This document shows, piece after piece, positions 19,975 through 30,638 of a stretch of DNA of 64,000 nt. The notes beneath the pieces were generated by a model. That model saw only the letters and a list, made by a program, of their open reading frames with translations. It did not search any database and was not told the origin of the DNA. The DNA comes from Terriglobia bacterium. GTDB taxonomy: Bacteria > Acidobacteriota > Terriglobia > Bryobacterales > Bryobacteraceae. How positions within the stretch are numbered: position 1 is the first letter of the stretch; the number at the start of each line of letters is the position of its first letter. The stretch covers positions 13,813-77,812 of the forward strand of contig CAWFUQ010000009.1 in the NCBI GenBank assembly GCA_963819125.1, given 5' to 3'. Position numbers and translations under genes: made by a program.

Positions 19975-20039
19975 AAATCGCTCGCGTCCAAGGTAATAAT
20001 CCGTCCAGGCCGGCACTCCCTTCCGATAGTTGCCACTTT

Positions 20040-23000
20040 ATGGATAGGATCGGCCTTCATTTCTTCCCGCAGCTAGCACTTTTTGCAGCCTTGTGCGCCA
20101 CTACGGCGCAGGCCCAGCCCAGCTGGGTACAACAATCGCCAGCCACATCTCCGCCGGTGCGAGCATTTGGCGCCATGGTTTACGACGATTCCCACCACCA
20201 GGTGGTCTTGTTCGGCGGGGACAACCAACGAAGACCTCCATCAATATCTTGCGGACACCTGGGTGTGGGACGGCGTCACCTGGACTCAAAAAACACCTGC
20301 CACCAGTCCGCCGGCCCGCGAATTACACGCTATGGCGTACGACAAATTGCACCAACAGGTGGTCCTGTTTGGCGGCCTGGATACACTCGACTACCGCAGC
20401 GATACGTGGGTGTGGGACGGCACCAACTGGACTCAGAAGACGCCGGCGACCGTGCCGCCGAAGCAGGCATTTCTCTGCATGGCGTACGACGAAGCGCGCC
20501 AGCGCGTGGTCATGGCGTGCGGCGGGAGTTTCGGTACGTTTATCGCCAACGACACCTGGGTGTGGGATGGAAGCAACTGGACCCATGAGACGTCCGTGGC
20601 CAATCCTCCGGCGGGAGCGGAATCGCAGATCGGTTACGACCAGACGCGGCAGCAGACGGTCCGCCTGACCTACGCCTTCGATTCGGTGGCGCGGCTGTAT
20701 CGCTCTCAAACATGGCTTTGGGATGGGACCAGTTGGACTCAGGCGACGCCTGCCACCTCGCCTGCGCCACGCAATGTTCTCGCTCCGCTTCAGTTTATGA
20801 CGGCGAGTCAGCAGACCCTTCTGTTCGGGGGGACGCTGACCAATACATCAGCGTACGTCGCTGACAATTGGGTGTGGGACGGAGTCACGTGGAGCCAGCT
20901 TAATCCGACGACGAGCCCGTCGCCGCGCGTTGGGTACGGGCTGGCGTATGACGCGGTGAACCAGCAGGTGGTCCTGTTTGGAGGAGAAGCGGGCGATGGC
21001 ACACATCTGTCGGACACGTGGCTGCTTGCCGACACCGGCTCGTCAATAGCGGTGACCGTGAACGTACCGGCCGGCGTCCAATTCACGTTCAACGGCACGG
21101 CGTACACCGGATCTCAGACCATCAATATCGCGCCGGGAAGCTATACTCTCGCCACCGTTTCGCCGCAGGCGATCGCGGCCGGCACGCAGGCGGTGTTTGC
21201 GTCGTGGTCCGATGCCGGCACACAGACCCACAGCGTAACCGTCGGCTCATCCGCCGTCAGCATCACCGGCGTTTTCACGACGCAGTACTTTCTGGGCACT
21301 ACCGTGAGTCCCTTCAACGGTGGCACCATCACTCCTTCGGGAACGGGCGGCTCGACCGGACCCTACTTCGACGCCGGATCCACTGTCAACGTGACAGAGC
21401 AGGCCGCTGCCAACTTCACCTTCTCGGGCTGGGCCGGCGCATGCGCAGGCACGGCGATTCCCTGTGTGGTGACTGTGAACGCCCCCGCGAGCGTGGTCGC
21501 AAACTTCCTGCCGCCCACTTACCAGGTCACCATCAACGTCCCCGCTGGAGTCCTGTTCAGCGTGGGAGGCCCGCCTTACACCGGGCCGCAGACGTTGTCG
21601 CTGGCGCCGAACACTTACGCGCTGGTGCTGGCCACTCCGCAATCCACCGGTGTGGGAACCCAGGCGGTCTTCGTTTCCTGGTCGGACGGCGGCGCGGCGT
21701 CCCATTCATTTGTGGTCTCAAACACAGCGCTAACCATCACAGGGACATTCAAGACTCAATATCAGTTCACCAGCGCCGTGTCGCCTGCCGGGAGCGGAAG
21801 CGTGTTGCCGGCCACGAGTTTCTACGATACCGGCACTCCGGTCACCGTGACCGAGAGCCCCAACCCCAGCTGGGCGTTCGCGGGTTATAGCGGCGATTGC
21901 TCCGGGCTCGGCCCGTGTTCCGTAACGATGAACGCGCCACACAGTGTGACGGCGCAATTCGCGGGCGTAACGGTAAACGTCCCCGCCGGGATTCAGTTCA
22001 CGCTAAACGGAACAACCTATACGGGATCGCAGAACATCGGGCTCGCGCCGGGCAGCTACTCGCTGACCATGGCTGCCGCCCAACCGAACGGCACGGGAAC
22101 GCAAGCATTGTTTGTTTCCTGGTCCGACGGCGGACTCCCGTCTCATTCGATCACCGTGGGCGCCGCGAGGCTGACCATCACCGCGACCTTCAAAACGCAA
22201 TATCTGCTGACGACGTCGGCCAACCCGCCCAGCGGTGGAAGCGTCACGCAAACCGGACCTGGATCGGCCGGGCCGTACTACGATCCGGGAACAGTGGTCA
22301 CAGTGATTGCGTTTACGTCCGGGGGCTCGACTTTCACCAGTTGGGTGGGAGCGTGCAGTGGCACCAGTCCCATCTGCTTCGTCACCATGAATTCGCCATT
22401 GAGCGCCACCGCGAATTTCGCCGTTCCGAAATTCCTGGTGACCATCAACGTGCCGCCGGGAATCCAGTACAGTCTGAGCGGATTCCCGCTCACCGGCTCC
22501 GCGAGTTTTTCGCTCCCCGCCGGGAGTTATCAGTTGGCGCTGGCGTCTCCCCAGTCGACAGGAGCCGGAGCCCAAGCGGTTTTCCTTTCCTGGTCCGACG
22601 GCGGCGCGCAGTCGCACAACGTGATCGTGACGAATGGAGCGGTCACGGTAAACGGAAGTTTTAAGAGTCAGTATCTGTTGACTACCACCGCTGTCCCCGC
22701 AAGCGAGGGCACAGTGACGCAGTTCGGTCCAGTCGGACCGTTTTACGATGCGGGGACCGTCGTGCTCGTGTCCAACACGCCCGCCCCGGGTTACCAGTTC
22801 CAGTTCTGGAGCGGCGCCTGCACCGGATTCTCGCCCGCCTGCGCCGTCACGATGAACGCGCCGGTTTCCGTCGTCGCGAATTTCGATCAGCCCCAGACCT
22901 GGGTCCAGTTTTTCCCAACGGCGAATCCGACGCCCCGCGAAGCAAGCGCGCTGGCTTATGATACGCAGCAGCACCAGTCCTTGTTGTTCGGCGGCGGCCC

Positions 23001-24165
23001 CACGGGATTCGACACCTGGACTTTCGATGGGACCAACTGGACGCAGCAGTCCCCGGCGACCGTTCCGGAATTGATGAATCCCGGCGCAGCGGGCCGGTCC
23101 GGTAACGCTCTCGCGTACGACGCCGGGAACGCCCAGGTGGTTCTGTTCGGCGGACAGCTGTACTTTGTGCCGCTCGTCTCGATACCGATGGATCTGGCGG
23201 ACACGTGGGTCTGGGATAGCACCAGCAATTGGACCCGTAAGTCGCCTCCCACCAGCCCGCCGGCCCGTGATTCGCATGCGATGGCGTATGACGCCGCTCG
23301 CCACCAGGTGGTCCTGTTCGGAGGGACCGCGTTAGGCGGCATCGGTCCGGACGTGTACTTCTCGGATACGTGGGTTTGGGACGGGAACAATTGGACGCAG
23401 AAGTTTCCCATTCACGTCCCCCCCGCGCGACAGAATCATTCCATGGCTTACGACGCGGAACGCCAGGTGGTGGTTTTATTTGGGGGCTTGCAACCCGGCG
23501 GCTATTTCGATGACACGTGGGTGTGGAATGGTGTCGACTGGCTGCTCCAGGCGCCTTTGACCCGTCCACCAGCCCGGGCCCTTGCCGGCATGACCTTTGA
23601 TTCCGCCCATCAGCAGACGCTTCTGTTCGGAGGAGATACAGGCGACAACGGCCTTTTTAGTGATACCTGGGCCTGGGACGGAGCGAACTGGATCCAGCGA
23701 ACTCCCGTATCGAGCCCGCCCGCGCGCGCACTTCCGGCGATGTCGTACGACGCTCTGTTACAAAGGCCCCTCGTGTTCGGAGGAGGGACGAATAGTGGCG
23801 TCGCCAACGACCTGTGGGAATGGATGGTGCCTTCGGTGAGCCTGGTGCCGCTCGCGCCGAGCGTCGTCAACGATGGTGCCGGCAATTACGTCGTCACCGT
23901 TACGTTGAAAAACGCGGGGAACGTTCCGGTGACCTTCCTCTTCGCCCTCAGCGCCAAGATGGGGAACATCGCAGCCACCGGATTCGTCGGCTCGACTTTT
24001 GTCGGGAACATCGCTCCCGGAGCTACGGGCAGCTTCTCCGCGAAGTTCCCGATCGCGTCAATTCCGGGCAAGACGTCGTCGATCAGCTTCCAGGGATCCT
24101 ACTCGGCCGCGGGCGTCACCGGCGCGCAATGGAACGCGAATATCCGTCAAGTGAATTTGCCATGA
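20040..24165 (+). CDS. giant secreted Kelch-repeat / bacterial B-repeat protein (apparent +1 frame break near 20217..20220)
   Basis: The signal peptide and first Kelch blade (MDRIGLHFFPQLALFAALCATTAQAQ...HHQVVLFGG) are in the frame of 20040. The 1360-aa body is in the frame of 20083. Kelch motif WVWDG..WTQ..P...P.AR..HAMAYD...QVVLFGG recurs at both ends. Confidence 0.8.
21049..22885 (+). repeat. four tandem ~150-aa A-B modules inside the Kelch protein
   Basis: Module starts lie near 21049, 21520, 21964 and 22433 (VTVNVPAGVQF / VTINVPAGVLF / VTVNVPAGIQF / VTINVPPGIQY). Each is followed by a Y..G..V.V...P..G..F.GW.G.C.G...C.VTMN.P.SV.ANF unit. Confidence 0.7.
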
Positions 24166-24188
24166 GATTCGTATCGGAGGGCTTCATC

Positions 24189-24791
24189 ATGAATCGGACG
24201 AAGTGCGGACTCTTTTGTCTGACGCTCCTTTGCGGGGCAGGTCTCGCGCCCGCAATGCGGGCCGACGTGCTCTCAGTGGAGCTGGTTCAGTCCACGCTCA
24301 CAGGTACGCCGGGAGCGACCGTGGCTTTTTTTGCCACCATTTTCAATTTATCTGCGACCGATACTATCTTTTTGAATGGAGACAGCTCAATAACCTCCAC
24401 TCCATTTCTCACCGTGAACGATGCACCGTTCAACGCGAACGCGCCATTCTCTCTCGATCCGTCAGCAGATAGCGGCCCTGATCCTTTCGAGTTCTTCGAC
24501 ATCACGATCGATTCGAGCGCGGTACCCGGAACATACGTCGGCAATCTGTTCTCGATCGTCGGCGGAACGGACGCCGGTACATTCGACGATCTCGTCGATG
24601 TTCCCTTCTCCGTGACTGTGGATGCGCCCTCGGTGTCAACTCCTGAACCAGCGACTCTATGGTTGTTTCTAACTGTCTTGATCGCTCTGGGCGTTGTTCG
24701 TTGGACCAGATACAATCGCACAAATGGATTATTGGAGCGGTACATTGGGCAACGCCGGAGCCGCCCATCTAATTCGATCCTTCGGGGATGA
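24189..24791 (+). CDS. PEP-CTERM sorting-signal protein
   Basis: Signal peptide MNRTKCGLFCLTLLCGAGLAPAMRA. The C-terminal STPEPATLWLFLTVLIALGVVRW is a PEP-CTERM anchor, and the tail after the anchor is longer than usual. Confidence 0.7.
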   Translation: MNRTKCGLFCLTLLCGAGLAPAMRADVLSVELVQSTLTGTPGATVAFFATIFNLSATDTIFLNGDSSITSTPFLTVNDAPFNANAPFSLDPSADSGPDPFEFFDITIDSSAVPGTYVGNLFSIVGGTDAGTFDDLVDVPFSVTVDAPSVSTPEPATLWLFLTVLIALGVVRWTRYNRTNGLLERYIGQRRSRPSNSILRG

Positions 24792-25242
24792 TTCATCTCC
24801 GGATAGCGAGGGTTTCCGCCCGTACCTCGCTAGCGAGCTTTCGAGAATACCGGCGATCGCCGCGCTCTGGCGACCCCACTCCACGGCTGATCTGCCCAAT
24901 GGGCTGCGCGATGCCGTATCCGTGCGTAGGTTCGAGCGCCTCTATCCCACAATTGAGGAAACCGCCCGACGGTGGCAAGCTGGCGTCTCCTCTATCCTGG
25001 GAGCTGTGATGGCGCACGAAATCGGTCACCTACTGCTCGATTCCCATGCTCACGGCTCTTCCGGCATCATGAGCGCCAGTTTCGGCCACATACAGATCAA
25101 GCAGGCCGGCAAGGGCGAACTGCTGTTCACCACTGATCAGACCGCGCGTTTCAGGTCGCAAGTTGCGCTGCGACAACGTACCAGCTCAAGCTTTCACTCG
25201 AGCTCGAATCCCTCTGAACCGCACGACGAGTCCACCTATTGA
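24694..25242 (+). CDS. HEXXH zinc-metalloprotease-like protein, start unclear
   Basis: AVMAHEIGHLLLDSHAHGSSGIMS is an HExxH...H..GIM pattern. There is no convincing start or signal peptide, and the ORF overlaps the PEP-CTERM gene tail. Confidence 0.4.
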   Translation: MFVGPDTIAQMDYWSGTLGNAGAAHLIRSFGDDSSPDSEGFRPYLASELSRIPAIAALWRPHSTADLPNGLRDAVSVRRFERLYPTIEETARRWQAGVSSILGAVMAHEIGHLLLDSHAHGSSGIMSASFGHIQIKQAGKGELLFTTDQTARFRSQVALRQRTSSSFHSSSNPSEPHDESTY

Positions 25243-25346
25243 CAGGAAAGCGCGGAGTGGTTGAGATACACGGGAACTTCGTGTTTGATTGTCGGCCCTG
25301 CCTCAATTACTCGCCATCGGACCGCTGCGGCGATGACTGGCCTTTA

Positions 25347-26036
25347 TCAAGGTGCTACCGTGGTCAGGCTTCCTGACGCTTGCGTCGCGCAACTGGTCGA
25401 AGACGCCTTGTAGGTATATTTCCCCGGCGTGAGACCTTGCTTGACGGCGCACATCGTATTTCCGCTGGACTGAATCGAGCCCTCTTCGCACACACCGGCG
25501 GTGTCGAAGATCACCGTCCAATCCGCTAGTCCGCCCACTGAAATCCAGTTCACCACGACACCCGGCTTGAGGGGCGCATTTTGCGCGTTATTGGGCAAAT
25601 CTGGCGGAGCAAGGGTTACCGTGCCCGAGTTGCAATATACTCCTACCGCGTCCATTACTTTACTGGTTTTTGATTTTCCGTCGTGCAATACGCCGACCCC
25701 GCTGCCCACGTCCACTTCGGGATCGCTACAGCCATAATCCTTGCAGATGTAAAAGAACTGCATTTGAGTGTTGGCGGTCGCGTTGTCCTTGACGTGGCAC
25801 TCTGAAATCCAGTTGCCTGTCTGAGAGTCGCCCTGCTCTGTGCACGGAGACAGCCCAAGAAACTGGACCGTAATCCCGTTCTTCCAGACCAGATGCTGCC
25901 CCGGCGTCGGAGACAACGCAATCTTGTTGTTTTGCCCGAGGGCTAAGTTTATTGGATTGTCGCACCCGGACAGAAAGACCATCGACAGGACGATCGGGAA
26001 ACACAACGCGACACGGCAGAGGCTTACGCTCAGCAT
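25347..26036 (-). CDS. Cys-rich lipoprotein, unknown function
   Basis: Lipobox LSMVFLSGCDN and about 10 further Cys residues. No known domain. Confidence 0.6.
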   Translation of the reverse strand: MLSVSLCRVALCFPIVLSMVFLSGCDNPINLALGQNNKIALSPTPGQHLVWKNGITVQFLGLSPCTEQGDSQTGNWISECHVKDNATANTQMQFFYICKDYGCSDPEVDVGSGVGVLHDGKSKTSKVMDAVGVYCNSGTVTLAPPDLPNNAQNAPLKPGVVVNWISVGGLADWTVIFDTAGVCEEGSIQSSGNTMCAVKQGLTPGKYTYKASSTSCATQASGSLTTVAP

Positions 26037-26076
26037 TCGTTTAAGGCTCCTTTGGTAGCAGCGAGTGTATACTATT

Positions 26077-28626
26077 TCAGCGCGCGGCGATACGCTGGCG
26101 ATATTTTGGATTGGCCCTCACTTGTTTTAGATCCAGCGCCAGATCCACGTCGACCGTCGACAGCCCCTGATCGATCAGTTTCAGTATTAGGTCGAGCGCC
26201 TCCTGCTGGCGACCGAGCACGGCCAGCGTTTGTGCCTTCGTGAATTGCCCGCGCTGGTCAAGCCCGCGATGGTCGGCAACTTTCAGGTCGGTTTCGGAAT
26301 CGACGGTTCGTCCCAGCTTGGCGTGATAAAACGCGAGCGTTATCCAGTTTGCGCTGGGCGCCGGGTTCACCTTCAAGGACTCCGAGAGAATCTCCGCCGC
26401 CTTTGCATAGTTCTCCGTCTGTTTCTTGGAATCGCCGAACATCGAATAGCTATCCGCCAGGTTGCGCCAGGTGCGGTGATTTTTCGGATTCAATTCGATC
26501 GCCTTGCCGTAATCCTCGATGGCTTTTCTATAGTTGCCCTGCACGAACGCGAGCGAACCCAGGTTCGAATACGCCAGTTCGTTCGGCGCGCGTTCCAGGC
26601 TCCGCCGGAATGCAACCTCCGCGTCCTTGTCCTTGTGCATTAACAGGTATGCCGTTCCCAGGTTGGTAAGTGGCAAAGCGACCTTTGGCGCCACTGCGGC
26701 GCCTTCGGCGAACGCGTCGGCTGCTTCTTGATACCTGGTCTGCCGATACAGGAAAACACCCAGGTCGTTGTATGCGAGCCAAAGATTGGGGCGCCGCCGC
26801 ACGATCTCGCGGTACACGGCCTCCTCCTCCTTGACCTGCCCCGTGTCCGCGAACGCGTGCGCCTTGTAAACCAGAGTTAGCGGGTTCCCTGGATCGAGCT
26901 GCAGCGCTTTGCCGAACCCATCCACTGCAGCTTGTGTCTTTCCTCTTTCGAGATCCACGACGGCCCCCGCCAGCACTCCCTTTGCCGATTCCGAATTGTA
27001 TTGCACAGCCAACGCCGCGTTCTTTTCCGCCAGATTCAGGAACGCCTGATCCTTAATCAGTTGAAATTTCCGGGTGTACGCAAGCGAAAGATCCGCATAG
27101 CCAAGTGCGAACCGAGGCTCCACATCCAGTAGTTTTTGATATCGATCGATTGCGTTGTCGAGCCCCTTATCATTCGGCTGGCTGCGCAACTCTTCGGCCT
27201 CGCCGAATAGCTGATACGCCGCTGCCGGCAGCTTCGCCATCTCATCCTGGTCCTTCAGCGCGGACTGCATTGGTGGGACGTCCAGCAATTCCGCCGCGAA
27301 GATCGACGCCCGCTCCGCCAGCCGGCTGATGTCGGCCGCGGTGAATTGCGACTCCTTCTTGCGCAGTACAGCTCCGCTCGCGGCATCGAATACCCTCAGC
27401 GCCAGCCAATAGCCGGGCCCGCGGTTGTGCAGCGACGCGCCCAGCACCAGATTTGCTCCCAGTGAGCTCACCACATCCGACAAAGTCGTCGGCGGCGCCT
27501 GGCCACCAGCGCCCGGCGCCATCACCGCGAATTGTTTCAACGCCGCTTCGGCCCGCGTCAACTGGTTATCGATCGCATCCAGCACTGTACGTAGCAGCGG
27601 TTTCGTCTCTGAATCCGCTTCCGGAGGCCACGCCAGCAGTGCCACGAAACGGTGCTGCGGTAGCGGATGAAACAGCGCATTCACTTTAGCGGCCGCTTCC
27701 GGCCAGCGCCACCAGATCGCACCGGCCCCGGCTACAACCACGGCGCTCACGCCGATCATTTTCCGCCGTGATGAGGGCTTGCCCGTACCCTTTGTCCTTC
27801 TTGCCGCATCGGGCCATCCAACAACCCCCAGTGCCTCGCCCGCCGATTGAAACCGCTTTTCGGGATCGGGTTCCAGACAGCCCCTCACAGCGGGCAACCA
27901 CGGCGCAGGGATTTTTTCGAGATCGCTCGAAGTTCTGTCGCCAGTCAGCATCTCGTGGAGCACTACGCCGTATGCATAGACGTCCGCCGCCGGGGTGGCA
28001 ATGCGGCCCTCCAGCAACTCCGGCGCGATATAGCCAATCGTGCCCGGAAATCTTCCCGTCTGGGCCAGAGTGTGGTCCGATTCGTTCAGCCTCGACAACC
28101 CGAAATCCGTGATGGAGACGCGCAATTGCCCTCCCGCGTTCTCCAGCATCACGTTACCCGGCTTGAAGTCGCGATGAACGATGCCGGCCTTGTGCGCCGC
28201 ATCCAGTCCCGCTGCCATTTGTTGCGCGATCTCCAAGGCCGTTTGCGCGTCGATTCTCCCGGGCCTTTTCAACCGCGCCCGCAAGGACTCGCCTCGCAGG
28301 AGTTTCATGGTCAGGAACAGCAGGTCCCCTGCCTCTTCGCGAAAGATATCGTACGTCGGACAGACATTCGGATGGTTAACTTCGCGCGCCAGGAGCACTT
28401 CGCGCTCGAAGCGCTGTTGCGCCATCGCGTCAGAGCCCATCTCCAACCGAAGCGTCTTCAAGGCACAATGTTTTCCTTGCAGATGTTCGTCAGAGACCTC
28501 GTACACCTCGCCCATACCGCCGCGCGCCAGGAATTGAACAACCACAAATCGTCCTGCCAGCCTGTCGCCCCGCCGCAGTCGAGGGCCGGACTCATGCATC
28601 GATTGCGTAATGTCGTCTTCGGTCAA
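26077..28626 (-). CDS. Ser/Thr protein kinase with TM segment and C-terminal TPR repeats
   Basis: Kinase motifs are HRDFKPGNVML, DFGLS and GTIGYIAPE. These are followed by TM VSAVVVAGAGAIWW and multiple TPR units. Confidence 0.9.
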   Translation of the reverse strand: MTEDDITQSMHESGPRLRRGDRLAGRFVVVQFLARGGMGEVYEVSDEHLQGKHCALKTLRLEMGSDAMAQQRFEREVLLAREVNHPNVCPTYDIFREEAGDLLFLTMKLLRGESLRARLKRPGRIDAQTALEIAQQMAAGLDAAHKAGIVHRDFKPGNVMLENAGGQLRVSITDFGLSRLNESDHTLAQTGRFPGTIGYIAPELLEGRIATPAADVYAYGVVLHEMLTGDRTSSDLEKIPAPWLPAVRGCLEPDPEKRFQSAGEALGVVGWPDAARRTKGTGKPSSRRKMIGVSAVVVAGAGAIWWRWPEAAAKVNALFHPLPQHRFVALLAWPPEADSETKPLLRTVLDAIDNQLTRAEAALKQFAVMAPGAGGQAPPTTLSDVVSSLGANLVLGASLHNRGPGYWLALRVFDAASGAVLRKKESQFTAADISRLAERASIFAAELLDVPPMQSALKDQDEMAKLPAAAYQLFGEAEELRSQPNDKGLDNAIDRYQKLLDVEPRFALGYADLSLAYTRKFQLIKDQAFLNLAEKNAALAVQYNSESAKGVLAGAVVDLERGKTQAAVDGFGKALQLDPGNPLTLVYKAHAFADTGQVKEEEAVYREIVRRRPNLWLAYNDLGVFLYRQTRYQEAADAFAEGAAVAPKVALPLTNLGTAYLLMHKDKDAEVAFRRSLERAPNELAYSNLGSLAFVQGNYRKAIEDYGKAIELNPKNHRTWRNLADSYSMFGDSKKQTENYAKAAEILSESLKVNPAPSANWITLAFYHAKLGRTVDSETDLKVADHRGLDQRGQFTKAQTLAVLGRQQEALDLILKLIDQGLSTVDVDLALDLKQVRANPKYRQRIAAR

Positions 28627-29050
28627 GCTGAGCCATAATACACCCGTACTTGTCCCATAAACGAACGATGAACGAGACCCGCTGCTTCCATCGATGCTCG
28701 ACCGGTTCGTGTGCTACGGTCGCGTGCCTCATCCGCGATCACAACAAGTGTCTGGCCGGGCGATGCATCCCGGGCAATCGATCGAATGGGACCCTCCGCG
28801 ACTGTTGGGAAAGCTCACCAGGCTAGCGTGCCCCGACAGAGACCCAGCCTGTTAAGAACCGTTATCGGGACATGCTTGATCGGTCACGACTGAATCAATG
28901 CGCACACGGCCTCGAATGATATCTCTCGATCGCACGGAAAACGCGAGTGTCATCATCGCTGAAAAAATCACGGGCCAATAGCGACGACGGAGTTCTCGCC
29001 GAACTATCCGCATCGTGCGTCGTTCGCTATTAGATAAAGCGCTAACTTCA

Positions 29051-30532
29051 CTATTGGACTCCGATGTACAAACCGAGCTGGCGGCCGGAGAGTGCTGGAA
29101 TCGAAGTGAACGCAGAGCCTCTGAATCGTAGGCCAAGGACGCTGATGCCTGCTTGCGGGGAACCGAAATGGACTGATCCTCGCGTCCCCGTGATGTTCGG
29201 TATGTAGGCGCTCAGCACGTTCTCGATTTTGTTCGCCGGAGGAATGGGTGGAAGGGTCGCCGTCCCGACGACGTTTCCGCTGTTGTCGGTCACAGTGATG
29301 GTCACCGTGATCGGGACGTTAATAGAGTTGACGAGCGCGAACGCTGTGGCTATGCCGGGTGTCTCATCATAAGTGAGAAACGCGTTACCGAAATTCGTGC
29401 CGGCGAGCGGCACCACTGCTTCCTGATCCGGGACGCCGGTCTGGCTCTGCCGGAACAATCCGTATCCAGTCACGTTCGGCGGCAAGGAGGTGATGACGTA
29501 ACCTTGTTGGAGGTTTCCGCTGCTAACTCCTTCAATAATCGTGGAGGCGCCGGAGGCGAGCGTCACGACGGTGGAGCCGCTATTGAGCGATGGAATAATC
29601 AGAGGCGTGCCGAGGTCTGAGGTAAAGTTCACCGTGAACGATACCGTTCCCCCCGAATCGTTGGTGAAATACACTGCGGAGTACCAGCCACCGCCAAAGG
29701 CGAACTGCGAGAGAATCGTTTTCGCAAAGCCAGCATCTTCCCCAAGCTTGTTGATTTGCGCCGGTGTCAGCGAAGCGTTGAACACCGCTGCGCCGCCAAT
29801 GTTGCCTTCAAAGGGAACGCTTCCGTCCTGCGTATTCCCGATGGTGAATACGGCAGTGTTGATGGGAGAGCCAGCCCCGGAACTCGCGATTGTGCTTGTG
29901 AACGCGGGGTTGCCATCGATATAAATGTGCAGCCCGGCTACCTGGCCAGTTCCATCGGAACTCCCGGCGATCAAATGCCAGTTCCCGTCATTAATCGCCA
30001 CTGAACTTTCGATTGTCAGTATCGGATTACCTTGCACGAAAAATCCGAATGCAACGCGTCCGCTCCCCTGCGTCAAACCCGAGGCGATACCGTTATTCCC
30101 GCCGTTGTCGATCAGCAGTCCCCACCCCGTTGACGTATTCTGATCGACCTTTGCTATCACCGGCATGACTCCCAATACCTGGCCCGTGGTTTTCACCCAT
30201 GCCATCGCCGTGAACTTGGACGAAGTCGAGAAACTGAAGTTGGCGCTCTGCGCCGCGGTCAGAGTCAAGACTTGCGTTCCACCGGTGAAGGCGGCAGACC
30301 CGCCACCGCTAGGGGGACCATTCGGGGTGACGAACGTGACACCGCTGCCCCCTAAGGACACGGCATGAGAGGACGAGTCGGCGCCATTACTAGCGAGCTG
30401 CCAATAGCCGAGGGGACTAAGGGCCAGCACGTCAGCGGAGTAATTCTGAGCGGCTGCCAGGGCCGCAAACGCAGTCATCAAAATAAAGCTTCGCAAGGGC
30501 TTCATCAGGTCTCCTAAATATCTTGATTTCAT
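29051..30532 (-). CDS. secreted LamG/concanavalin-like domain protein
   Basis: Signal peptide (alternative start at 30502, MKPLRSFILMTAFAALAAAQ). LamG-like core: FTAMAWVKT...NDGNWHLIAGSSDG...LHIYIDGN. Confidence 0.7.
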   Translation of the reverse strand: MKSRYLGDLMKPLRSFILMTAFAALAAAQNYSADVLALSPLGYWQLASNGADSSSHAVSLGGSGVTFVTPNGPPSGGGSAAFTGGTQVLTLTAAQSANFSFSTSSKFTAMAWVKTTGQVLGVMPVIAKVDQNTSTGWGLLIDNGGNNGIASGLTQGSGRVAFGFFVQGNPILTIESSVAINDGNWHLIAGSSDGTGQVAGLHIYIDGNPAFTSTIASSGAGSPINTAVFTIGNTQDGSVPFEGNIGGAAVFNASLTPAQINKLGEDAGFAKTILSQFAFGGGWYSAVYFTNDSGGTVSFTVNFTSDLGTPLIIPSLNSGSTVVTLASGASTIIEGVSSGNLQQGYVITSLPPNVTGYGLFRQSQTGVPDQEAVVPLAGTNFGNAFLTYDETPGIATAFALVNSINVPITVTITVTDNSGNVVGTATLPPIPPANKIENVLSAYIPNITGTRGSVHFGSPQAGISVLGLRFRGSAFTSIPALSGRQLGLYIGVQ

Positions 30533-30638
30533 GTGTTTTGGTCTTACGCGGAAACCCGCAACCGTGCGGGAAGATCAACCCTATACGCTCGGCGTTCGTC
30601 TGTCAACTTGCAGGGTGTGAGATTTTCTTGAGAAACTT

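Noticed and set aside
22003-23304. 433-aa minus-strand ORF.
   Set aside because: It is antisense to the Kelch/B-repeat gene, with Arg/Gly-rich translation.
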